DNA of 32,000 nucleotides from Pseudodesulfovibrio mercurii (GTDB taxonomy: Bacteria; Desulfobacterota; Desulfovibrionia; Desulfovibrionales; Desulfovibrionaceae): the NCBI RefSeq assembly GCF_000189295.2, contig NC_016803.1:420001-452000 (forward strand), written 5' to 3'. The notes beneath the pieces are model-generated. The model was not told the DNA's origin. It did no database searches and was given only the letters and a program-made list of their open reading frames with translations. This document shows, piece after piece, positions 16,591 through 23,600 of the stretch (position 1 is its first letter; every line of letters starts with the position of its first letter). Position numbers and translations under genes: made by a program.

Positions 16591-19092
16591 ATGGCCAAGA
16601 AAAGCACGACATTCGAAGTACCCGTCGAGAAGCTCAAGTGGACTCCGGGCCCCGACCAGCTGTCCATCGGGACCACGGACGACCTGGAGCCCCAGAAGGA
16701 CATCATCGGCCAGAAGCGCGGCGTGGAGGCCTTCCGCTTCGGCATGGGCATGGTCAAGAAGGGCTACAATATTTTCGTCACGGGCCAGCCCGGCCTGGGG
16801 AGGCTGTCCACGGTGCGCAAGCTCCTGGGCGAGATGGGCAACGGCCGCCCGACCCCCAGCGACCTCTGCTACGTGAACAACTTCAAGCATCCCGAGGCGC
16901 CCATCCTGCTCCGCTTCGAGCCGGGGCAGGGCGACCGCTTCAAGAAGGACATGCAGAAGTTTCTGGACGACATCAAGCGCGAGGTCCCTCAGCTCTTCGA
17001 GAGCGAGGAGTACATCGCCCGCAAGAACGAGATCGCCGAGGCCCACGAGAAAAAGGTCATGGGCTTCTACAAGGCCATCGAGGACCAGGTCAAAGACACC
17101 GGCCTGGTGGTCGTGCGCATGCAGATGGGCCCCATCCAGCGGCCGGACGTGGTCCCGCTGGTGGACGGCGAGCCCAAGCGCATGATCGAATTGGAGGAGC
17201 TGGTGGACAAGGGCCGCTTCCCCCGCGAGGAGTTCGAGAAGCTGCGTGACAAGCGGCTGGAGCTCAAGGAGGAGATCGACCACATCGTCCAGGAACTCAA
17301 GGAGTTGCAGAAGGAGGTCGGGGAGAAGCACCGCGAGGTGGACCGGCTCATGTTTCTGGCCCTGGCCCAGGAGTTCCTCAAGCCCGTGCGCGAGGCCTAC
17401 GCCGACGAGCGGGTGGAGAAATACCTGGAGTCCGTGCTCGACAGCATGGTCGAGGACCTGGACTCCATCAAAGCCCTGGGCGGTCCGGGCCACCCCGGCC
17501 CGATCCCCGGCATGGTCATGCCCGGCCCGTCCGCCGAGATGGTCTTCCAGCCGTACCAGGTCAACCTGCTGGTGGACAACGCCGAGACCCAGGGGCCGCC
17601 GGTCATCGTGGAATCCTATCCCACCTACCGCAACCTGTTCGGCTCCATCGAGCGGGTCATGGACCGCATGGGCGGCTGGCACACGGACTACACCAAGATC
17701 AAGGCGGGCTCCTTCGTCAAGGCCAACGGCGGCTACCTGGTCATCAACCTGATGGACGCCATCATGGAGCCCGGCGTGTGGCAGACCCTGAAGCGGGCGC
17801 TCAAGACCGAAAAGATCGAGATCGAGACCTTCGATCCGTACTACTTTATCAGCGCCACGGGCCTCAAGCCCGAGCCCATCGACATGGCCGTCAAGGTGGT
17901 CGTGCTCGGCAGCCCGTACCTCTACGCGTTGCTACGCAACTACGACGAGGACGTGCCCAAGATATTCAAGGTCCGGGCCGACTACGAGTCGAGCATGGAC
18001 CTGACCGACGACTCCATGCTCCAGGTGGCCCGGTTCGTGCGCGGCGAGGTGGACCGCAACGGGCTCAAGCCCTTCGACCGCAGCGGCGTGGCCGCCATCC
18101 TGGAGGAGGGCGTCCGCTGGGCGGGCCGCCAGGAGAAGATCACCACGGCCTTCCCCGGACTGGACGACCTCCTTTCCGAGGCCGACTACTTCGCGGGCCA
18201 GGCCGGGGCCGAGGCGGTCTCGGGCGAGCACGTGCGCGAGGCCGTGGAGGCCAAAATCTACCGCTCCAACCAGGTGGAGGAGCGCATCCAGGAGATGATC
18301 GACCGGGGCAGCCTGTTCGTGGACACGGACGGCGAGGTCGCTGGCCAGGTCAACGGCCTGGCCGTGTATTCCTTAGGCGACTATATGTTCGGAAAACCCT
18401 CAAGAATCACGGCGGTTACGTCGCTGGGCAAGGAGGGGATCATCAATATCGAGCGCGAGGCGGACATGTCCGGCCCGACGCACAACAAGGGCATGCTCAT
18501 CCTGTCCGGCTTCCTGCGCAGCCGGTTCGCCCAGGACAAGCCCCTGTCCCTGGCGGCCAGCATCGCCTTCGAGCAGTCCTACGGCGGCATCGACGGCGAC
18601 TCGGCCTCGTCCACGGAGCTGTACGCCCTGTTGTCGAGCCTGTCCGGGGTACCCATCCGCCAGTACATCGCGGTCACGGGTTCCGTGAACCAGTACGGCG
18701 AGGTCCAGCCCATCGGCGGGGTGAACCAGAAGATCGAGGGGTTCTTTCTGTGCTGCAAGCACGCGGGCCTGACCGGCCGTCAGGGCGTCATGATCCCGCA
18801 CCCCAACGTCAAGGATCTGATGCTTCGCGACGAGGTCATCGAGGCGGTCAAGGCGGGCACGTTCCACATCTGGGCCGTGAAGACCATCGACGAGGGCATC
18901 GAGCTCCTGACCGGCATGAAGGCGGGCGTGCGCGGCGCGGGCGGCAAGTATCCGGCCAAGACCATCAACCGGTTGGTGGACGACAAGCTGCGCGACCTGG
19001 CCGACAAGCTGGCCGCCTTCGGCAAGGACCAGGACGAAAAGAAGAAGCCCGCCGCCAAAAAAGCGGCCAAGGACAAGCCCGCCAAGAAGTAG
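16591..19092 (+). CDS. Lon-like (LonC / lon-related type) serine protease with a degenerate AAA+ module
   Basis: The 952-aa track ORF was trimmed to MAKKSTTFEV (GGAG RBS), 17 nt after the hsp20 stop. The N-terminal IIGQKRGVEAFRFGMGM..GYNIFVTGQPGLGRLST and NGGYLVINLMDAI regions resemble the AAA_32/Lon-related fold but lack the P-loop Lys and the Walker B acidic pair. A long charged helical insert is present. The C-terminal Lon protease domain has the Ser-Lys dyad context (GIDGDSASS ... PIGGVNQKIEGF). The tail is Lys-rich. Confidence 0.88.
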   Translation: MAKKSTTFEVPVEKLKWTPGPDQLSIGTTDDLEPQKDIIGQKRGVEAFRFGMGMVKKGYNIFVTGQPGLGRLSTVRKLLGEMGNGRPTPSDLCYVNNFKHPEAPILLRFEPGQGDRFKKDMQKFLDDIKREVPQLFESEEYIARKNEIAEAHEKKVMGFYKAIEDQVKDTGLVVVRMQMGPIQRPDVVPLVDGEPKRMIELEELVDKGRFPREEFEKLRDKRLELKEEIDHIVQELKELQKEVGEKHREVDRLMFLALAQEFLKPVREAYADERVEKYLESVLDSMVEDLDSIKALGGPGHPGPIPGMVMPGPSAEMVFQPYQVNLLVDNAETQGPPVIVESYPTYRNLFGSIERVMDRMGGWHTDYTKIKAGSFVKANGGYLVINLMDAIMEPGVWQTLKRALKTEKIEIETFDPYYFISATGLKPEPIDMAVKVVVLGSPYLYALLRNYDEDVPKIFKVRADYESSMDLTDDSMLQVARFVRGEVDRNGLKPFDRSGVAAILEEGVRWAGRQEKITTAFPGLDDLLSEADYFAGQAGAEAVSGEHVREAVEAKIYRSNQVEERIQEMIDRGSLFVDTDGEVAGQVNGLAVYSLGDYMFGKPSRITAVTSLGKEGIINIEREADMSGPTHNKGMLILSGFLRSRFAQDKPLSLAASIAFEQSYGGIDGDSASSTELYALLSSLSGVPIRQYIAVTGSVNQYGEVQPIGGVNQKIEGFFLCCKHAGLTGRQGVMIPHPNVKDLMLRDEVIEAVKAGTFHIWAVKTIDEGIELLTGMKAGVRGAGGKYPAKTINRLVDDKLRDLADKLAAFGKDQDEKKKPAAKKAAKDKPAKK

Positions 19093-19116
19093 GGCGGGCC
19101 CGTTGACGACAACAAA

Positions 19117-19144
19117 GGGGTTGCGATTCGTCGCAACCCCTTTT
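19117..19144 (+). terminator. Rho-independent terminator after the Lon-like gene
   Basis: GGGGTTGCGA / TCGCAACCCC stem with a TTCG loop and TTTT tail. Confidence 0.8.
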
Positions 19145-19154
19145 CGAGGCATGC

Positions 19155-19322
19155 ATGAATCTGTTGAGACTGAATATCTGGCGAAAATGCATCCTGGCGG
19201 GCTTCGCCCTCGCCGTGGTGCTCATGTTCTCCATCAACTGGGGCTACCACTTCAACGTCGGCCATGTGGTCCGCATGTTCGTCGGGGCCGCGGCTCTGTG
19301 GCTCGTCGTGGACCGGCTCTAG
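19155..19322 (+). CDS. Possible 55-aa two-TM membrane peptide (below the ORF-track size cutoff)
   Basis: My own translation: MNLLRLNIWRKCILAGFALAVVLMFSINWGYHFNVGHVVRMFVGAAALWLVVDRL. GAGG lies 5 nt upstream. It has GC3-rich codons and two hydrophobic helices. No family recognised. Confidence 0.35.
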   Translation: MNLLRLNIWRKCILAGFALAVVLMFSINWGYHFNVGHVVRMFVGAAALWLVVDRL

Positions 19323-19550
19323 TCCGGTCCGATCACGCGTGATCGCGTGGCCTGCGGGCGTTCCCGGACCGCTCCGATCACGCCTCGGGCGATTATTCCC
19401 GGCGGGCGGGGGGGGCCTTCGGGCGCGACGGCGGCCGCTGCGGCCCGCCTCATGAGCCGGGCGTGGTCTTTTGGCTTACTAAATTTCCTGTAATTCAAGC
19501 ATGTAACGTATATCTGCGAGTGAACCTGTCGGTTTCTTTCGGAAAAGTGC

Positions 19551-19579
19551 TTGACCTTTCGATTTGGCCGGACTAATCA
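19551..19579 (+). promoter_or_regulatory. Candidate sigma-70 promoter for the ilv leader (TTGACC-N17-TAATCA, or N15-ACTAAT)
   Basis: The -35 is 5 of 6 to consensus. An AT-rich stretch lies upstream. The position is ~30 nt upstream of the leader ATG. The same ACTAATCAA block follows a TTGAAC at the same spacing upstream of tetR (27088-27116). Confidence 0.4.
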
Positions 19580-19607
19580 AAATTTCAAAGGACAAAAGGA
19601 ACTTTCC

Positions 19608-19718
19608 ATGTTGCGCGTCACCAATACCCTTACTCTCGCTCCCGCCAGCCTATCCCAGGCTGTCGTATGCGTCGTCGTGGACGTAGTAGTAGGTCGTGTT
19701 CATAGGGACGCGCCATAG
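19608..19718 (+). CDS. Val-rich leader peptide of the ilvBN attenuator (36 aa)
   Basis: AAGGA lies 7 nt upstream of the ATG. My own translation: MLRVTNTLTLAPASLSQAVVCVVVDVVVGRVHRDAP. Eight of the ten residues 19-28 are Val. A terminator hairpin follows ~30 nt after the stop, just before ilvB. Confidence 0.75.
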   Translation: MLRVTNTLTLAPASLSQAVVCVVVDVVVGRVHRDAP

Positions 19719-19746
19719 CGGGATAGGTACATTCGAATTTCACAAA

Positions 19747-19777
19747 CCCCCGTCGGTGCGAACCGGTGGGGGTTTTT
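19747..19777 (+). terminator. Attenuator terminator of the ilvBN leader
   Basis: CCCCCGTCGGT / ACCGGTGGGGG, an 11-bp stem including two G-U pairs, with a GCGA loop and TTTTT tail. It lies 40 nt upstream of the ilvB ATG. Confidence 0.75.
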
Positions 19778-19817
19778 CGTTACTTCCCACCGGAGACGGG
19801 GCCCACAGGAGGCTCAA

Positions 19818-21494
19818 ATGAAAATGTCAGGTGCGGAAATAATCATCAAATTGCTGGAACGGCAGGGTGTGCGGACCATTGCCGGCATTCCGGGCGGGGC
19901 GAATCTGCCGCTCTACGACGCCATGGGCAAGAGCGGGAACATCAAGCACATCCTGACCCGGCACGAGCAGGGGGCCGGGTTCATCGCCCAGGGCATGGCC
20001 CGGGTCACGGGCAAACCGGCGGTCTTCTTCGCCACCTCGGGGCCGGGCGCGACCAACACCCTGACGGCCATCGCCGACGCCAAGCTCGACTCCATCCCGA
20101 TCATCTGCATCACCGGCCAGGTGCCCCTGTCCATGATCGGGACCGACGCGTTCCAGGAGGTGGACACCTACGGCCTGTCCGTGCCCATCACCAAGCACAA
20201 TTTCCTGGTCCGGTCCGCCGAGGACCTGCTCAAGGTCATCCCGGACGCCTTCCGTATCGCCGCCAGCGGCCGTCCCGGCCCGGTGGTCATCGACGTGCCC
20301 AAGGACGTGCAGATGGCCGAGGTGGAGTTCGACGAGTGGCCCGAACCCGGCGCGCCCGACGCCACGCCCGAGCTGTTCCACGGCGAGATCGAGCACGCGG
20401 CGGCCATGATCAACCGGGCCGAGCGGCCCGTGCTCTACCTGGGCGGCGGCGTGATCCAGTCCGACTCCGCGGCCCAGGCCCTGGCCGTGGCCGAGAAGGG
20501 GGCCATCCCGGCGGTCATGACCCTCATGGGGTTGGGGACCATCCCCTCGGGCCACCCGCTGAACCTGGGCATGCTCGGCATGCACGCGGCGCGCTACACC
20601 AACCTGGCCCTGGAGGAATGCGACCTGCTCATCGCCGTGGGCGTGCGCTTCGACGACCGGGCCACGGGCAAGGTCTCGGAGTTCTGCCCGCAGGCCAAGA
20701 TCATCCACATGGACATCGATCCGAGCGAACTGGACAAGATCAAGACCGCCCACGCCACGGTGCGGGGCGACGTGGCCGACGTGCTGGCGGCCATCCTGCC
20801 GCACGTCGAGCGCAGGAACCGGACCGAGTGGAACAGCCGGATCACGGCCCTGAAGGCGGCCCACCCCATGATCGTGCCCGGCGCGGACGATCCCGCCTCG
20901 GCCTACGGCGTCATCCTCAAGGCCGCCGAACTGGCCGGGGACCAGGCCATCGTCTGCACCGACGTGGGCCAGCACCAGATGCGTACCGCCCAGGTCTATC
21001 CCTTCAGCCACCCGCGCCACTGGCTGACCTCCGGCGGTCTCGGGACCATGGGCTTCGGCATGCCCGCGGCCCTGGGCGCGGCTCTGGCCGCCCCGGACAA
21101 GCCGGTCATCTGTTTTTCCGGCGACGGCTCGATCATGATGAACATCCAGGACCTGGCCACGGCCATGGAATACGACATCCCGGTCAAGATCATCCTGACC
21201 AACAACAACGCCCTGGGGCTGGTCCGCCAGCAGCAGGATCTCTTCTACGGCAAGCGCTACGTGGCGTCCGACTACTGCAAGTGTGTGGACTTCATAAAGA
21301 TCGCCGACGGCTTCGGGATCAAAACCTATGACCTGGGCAACTGCGCCGATCCCGAAGGGACCCTGGCCCAGGCCCTGGCCGAGCCTGGCCCGGCGCTCAT
21401 CCACGTGCCCGTCAGCCCGGACGAACCCGTGTATCCCATGGTGGCCCCCGGTGCGGCCAATTCCCAAATGATCGGAGGTGAGAGCCATGTGTAA
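19818..21494 (+). CDS. ilvB: Acetolactate synthase, large (catalytic) subunit
   Basis: 558 aa with the ThDP-enzyme pattern ([58 protein letters not shown]). GGAGG RBS. Confidence 0.96.
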   Translation: MKMSGAEIIIKLLERQGVRTIAGIPGGANLPLYDAMGKSGNIKHILTRHEQGAGFIAQGMARVTGKPAVFFATSGPGATNTLTAIADAKLDSIPIICITGQVPLSMIGTDAFQEVDTYGLSVPITKHNFLVRSAEDLLKVIPDAFRIAASGRPGPVVIDVPKDVQMAEVEFDEWPEPGAPDATPELFHGEIEHAAAMINRAERPVLYLGGGVIQSDSAAQALAVAEKGAIPAVMTLMGLGTIPSGHPLNLGMLGMHAARYTNLALEECDLLIAVGVRFDDRATGKVSEFCPQAKIIHMDIDPSELDKIKTAHATVRGDVADVLAAILPHVERRNRTEWNSRITALKAAHPMIVPGADDPASAYGVILKAAELAGDQAIVCTDVGQHQMRTAQVYPFSHPRHWLTSGGLGTMGFGMPAALGAALAAPDKPVICFSGDGSIMMNIQDLATAMEYDIPVKIILTNNNALGLVRQQQDLFYGKRYVASDYCKCVDFIKIADGFGIKTYDLGNCADPEGTLAQALAEPGPALIHVPVSPDEPVYPMVAPGAANSQMIGGESHV

Positions 21495-21765
21495 GCAGAC
21501 CGTCATCGAACTGTCGGTGAACAACCATCCCGGCGTCATGTCCCACATCTGCGGCCTGTTCGCCCGCCGGGCCTACAACGTCGAGGGCATCGCCTGCATG
21601 CCGGTCAACGGCGGCGGGACCAGCAAGATATGGCTGCTGGTCAACGCCGACGACCGGTTGGACCAGATGATCAAGCAGGTGGACAAGCTTGAGGACGTGC
21701 TTCTGGTCGAGCGCTACGACAGCGGCCACCCCGTCTTCGCCAAGATGGCCGAATTCGTTCAATAA
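21487..21765 (+). CDS. ilvN: Acetolactate synthase, small (regulatory ACT) subunit, IlvN type
   Basis: ATG at 21487 (GGAGG 7 nt upstream) overlaps the ilvB stop (ATGTGTAA). [34 protein letters not shown] ... [25 protein letters not shown] closely parallels enterobacterial IlvN. Confidence 0.93.
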   Translation: MCKQTVIELSVNNHPGVMSHICGLFARRAYNVEGIACMPVNGGGTSKIWLLVNADDRLDQMIKQVDKLEDVLLVERYDSGHPVFAKMAEFVQ

Positions 21766-21796
21766 GCCCCTTCCGAGGGGAACCTTCCTCTCTCCG

Positions 21797-21824
21797 AGGC
21801 CGGCTCGCGCCGGCCTTTTCTTTT
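21797..21824 (+). terminator. Rho-independent terminator after ilvN
   Basis: AGGCCGGC / GCCGGCCT stem with a TCGC loop and TTTTCTTTT tail. Confidence 0.8.
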
Positions 21825-21868
21825 GGGGGACTGTCCCGTTACGTCCCTGACGGGAAAAAACAGACGTT

Positions 21869-21990
21869 GAAAGCCGCTTCGCGGCGCAAGTCGGATGATT
21901 TCGCCTCCGGCGAGCAAGGACTCGCGCCCTTGCATCCCTCTTCTGCGCCTGCGGCGCAACTTTTCATCGCTACGCGGATTCCACCCGGCG
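21869..21990 (+). repeat. Copy 2 of the ~120-nt GC-rich structured intergenic element (copy 1 at 1708-1828, inverted)
   Basis: The sequence reads gaaagccgcttcgcggcg..gtcggatgatt..cccttgc..cttctgcgc..ttcatcgctacgcggattccacccggcg. It contains three GC stems with 3-nt loops: GCCGC-TTC-GCGGC (21873-21885), TCGCC-TCC-GGCGA (21901-21913) and TGCGCC-TGC-GGCGCA (21944-21958). Confidence 0.6.
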
Positions 21991-22024
21991 AAAAGGGAGT
22001 CAGTTGTATATGTCCGTTTTTTGG

Positions 22025-22060
22025 GGCGTGCGGCGGGGCCTGCGGCGGGGCGTGCGGCGG
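22025..22060 (+). repeat. Three tandem 12-bp repeats (GGCGTGCGGCGG / GGCCTGCGGCGG / GGCGTGCGGCGG)
   Basis: Read directly from the sequence. An imperfect duplication follows immediately: AGCCGGAAGGGGG / AGCCGGGAAGGGGGGG (22069-22097). Confidence 0.85.
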
Positions 22061-22130
22061 GTGGGCGCAGCCGGAAGGGGGAGCCGGGAAGGGGGGGCGC
22101 AGGGCGTGGAACAAGAGCGTTCATGCCCCC

Positions 22131-22157
22131 TAAAGTTCCGGGCCGGACCGCCGATAA
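22131..22157 (+). promoter_or_regulatory. Sigma-28 (FliA) class-III flagellar promoter
   Basis: TAAAGTTC-N11-GCCGATAA against the consensus TAAAGTTT-N11-GCCGATAA: 15 of 16 positions with exact spacing. It lies 34 nt upstream of the ATG at 22192. Confidence 0.8.
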
Positions 22158-22191
22158 CGTTCTCGGTGCATTGTAACCTCCGGGAGACGGC

Positions 22192-23037
22192 ATGGCCCTG
22201 ACCGACATCGAGAAGAGCTTGCTCTACGACTACTCGTTTCAGCTGTTGCAGCAGGATATGCTGACCAACCAGCTGTTCGGCTCGTCGGCCGTGGGCCGGG
22301 ACCTGCGCAGCCTGATCCTAGGCGGGCCGGTCCGGGCGGCCACCTTCACCAATCCCTTCGAGGAGGCCATCAGCGGCCAGTTGCGCGGCGACGCGGCCGC
22401 CGTGCGTCAGGCCTCAAACAACGTGGGCGAGGCCGCATCCATGATGGGCGTGGCCCGGACCGACATGGCCACCATCGTGGATGCCCTGAACGACATGGAG
22501 GACATGATCGACCAGATCAACTCCGGCGAGCTGGACGGCACGAGCGCCGTGGTCCAGAGCGACTTCGACGCCCTGCGGGACAAGATCACCGGGGCCATCT
22601 CCAATTCCGACTTCAACGGCATCGCGCTGCTCGACTCCTCCCAATGGGGCACGGACCAGATCGACGCCGACGGCAACGTCTACATCCAGTCGAGCAAGGA
22701 CGGCGGGTTCAACATCACCTTCCACTCCGTGGACACCCCGTCCAGCGGCGTGGCCTGGACCGACCTCGACGGCGCGGACCTCGGGGACTCCGGCACCAGG
22801 GCGACCCAGCTCGGCTACGTCCAGTCCCTGCAAAGCGAGATGTCCGCCATCCTGAACGTGTACGAGGGCAAGGAGGATAGCCTCCAGTCGCAGCAGCTCA
22901 GCCTCGAGAGCCAGGCCCAGCTCCTGGACCAGGCCGCCCAGCTGCGCAAGCCCTCGGACCCGGACTATTCCCTGGAACAGCTCCTGGCCGACCTCGTGGC
23001 CCGGACTACCGGGACCATTGTGGACGGAAGCGGGTAG
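22192..23037 (+). CDS. Divergent flagellin-like protein (flagellin N-domain-like core; atypical termini)
   Basis: 281 aa with a GGGAGA RBS. The central segment AISGQLRGDAAAVRQASNNVGEAASMMGVARTDMATIVDALNDMEDMIDQINSGELDG...DFDALRDKITGAISNSDFNGIALLD follows the flagellin N-terminal helical pattern. The C-terminus is a Gln/Leu-rich helix. It is driven by the sigma-28 promoter above. That it is a real gene is near certain; the function is uncertain. Confidence 0.6.
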   Translation: MALTDIEKSLLYDYSFQLLQQDMLTNQLFGSSAVGRDLRSLILGGPVRAATFTNPFEEAISGQLRGDAAAVRQASNNVGEAASMMGVARTDMATIVDALNDMEDMIDQINSGELDGTSAVVQSDFDALRDKITGAISNSDFNGIALLDSSQWGTDQIDADGNVYIQSSKDGGFNITFHSVDTPSSGVAWTDLDGADLGDSGTRATQLGYVQSLQSEMSAILNVYEGKEDSLQSQQLSLESQAQLLDQAAQLRKPSDPDYSLEQLLADLVARTTGTIVDGSG

Positions 23038-23076
23038 GAGCGGATAAGCCGGGTCCTGTTGTCACGCAATAAAAAA

Positions 23077-23105
23077 CGCCCTTCGAGAGAAGGGCGTTTT
23101 TTTTT
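23077..23105. terminator. Bidirectional terminator (flagellin-like gene / tRNA pair)
   Basis: CGCCCTTC / GAAGGGCG stem with a GAGA loop, a T9 tail and an A-run upstream. Confidence 0.8.
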
Positions 23106-23111
23106 GATATA

Positions 23112-23187
23112 TGGAGCTGCTGGACGGGATTGAACCGTCTACCTCATCCTTACCAAGGATGCGCTCTACCGATTGAGCTACAGCAGC
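23112..23187 (-). tRNA. tRNA-Thr (anticodon GGU), CCA encoded
   Basis: The reverse complement folds as a cloverleaf: GCTGCTG TA GCTC AATCGGTA GAGC G CATCC TTGGTAA GGATG AGGTA GACGG TTCAATC CCGTC CAGCAGC T CCA. All four stems are Watson-Crick paired. Length 76 nt. Confidence 0.95.
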
Positions 23188-23251
23188 GTTCCAGCTGTTT
23201 TCGATGAAATGCCGGGCCGATTTTCTCGGCCCAGCGGGGTGTTTCATCGTT

Positions 23252-23328
23252 TGGTCGGGATGAGAGGATTTGAACCTCCGACCCCTTGAACCCCATTCAA
23301 GTGCGCTCCCAGACTGCGCTACATCCCG
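23252..23328 (-). tRNA. tRNA-Pro (anticodon GGG), CCA encoded
   Basis: The reverse complement folds as: CGGGATG TA GCGC AGTCTGGGA GCGC A CTTGA ATGGGGT TCAAG GGGTC GGAGG TTCAAAT CCTCT CATCCCG A CCA. G37 is typical for tRNA-Pro. Length 77 nt. Confidence 0.95.
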
Positions 23329-23340
23329 ACGCGAAGTGAG

Positions 23341-23394
23341 TAACTAGCCGTGCACGGGTTTGTTGTCAACGGTTTTTTCGGAAAAAATGTCAAC
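23341..23394 (-). promoter_or_regulatory. Candidate stable-RNA promoter for the tRNA-Pro/tRNA-Thr pair
   Basis: On the minus strand there are two consensus TTGACA hexamers (23369-23364 and 23393-23388), separated by an A/T palindrome. The proximal one is followed after 17 nt by TAGTTA, which places a start site a few nt before the mature tRNA-Pro 5' end. The -10 is weak. Confidence 0.35.
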
Positions 23395-23600
23395 TTGGTG
23401 TATTTTTTGACGATTGCCGTGGGCTCCCGCCTTGTGCAAGCTGGCGGGCAGGGGACATTTATAATGGCATTTCCCTTCGGGCGTGTATAACAGGGTAGCT
23501 GAAACGTTGGATAACTCCCGGGAACGTCGCCGGCCCCGCCGGGCGCGGGCAGAACCGGGTCATCAATTTCAGGAATGAACAAGCAATCAGGGGGTTGGGC

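Noticed and set aside
22025-22097. Possible CRISPR or minisatellite array.
   Set aside because: The repeat units are only 12-16 bp and are directly abutting with no spacers, and no cas genes are present. It is a simple tandem repeat, not a CRISPR array.
21759-22208. Overlapping ORFs across the ilvN / flagellin-like spacer: 21759-22208 minus, 21867-22133 plus, 21895-22176 plus, and 22004-22201 plus.
   Set aside because: They cover the dispersed repeat, the tandem 12-mers and the sigma-28 promoter. The two repeat copies differ by non-triplet indels, so no frame is conserved. The peptides are low-complexity (Gly/Arg/Ala/Pro) and there are no ribosome-binding sites.
23460-23514. Perfect TATAAT (23460-23465) and a sigma-28-like TAACAGGG-N11-TTGGATAA (23488-23514) upstream of cheW.
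   Set aside because: The TATAAT has no acceptable -35 at 16-18 nt and no extended TG. The sigma-28-like site matches only 3 of 8 positions in the -35 and 5 of 8 in the -10, far weaker than the bona fide site at 22131.
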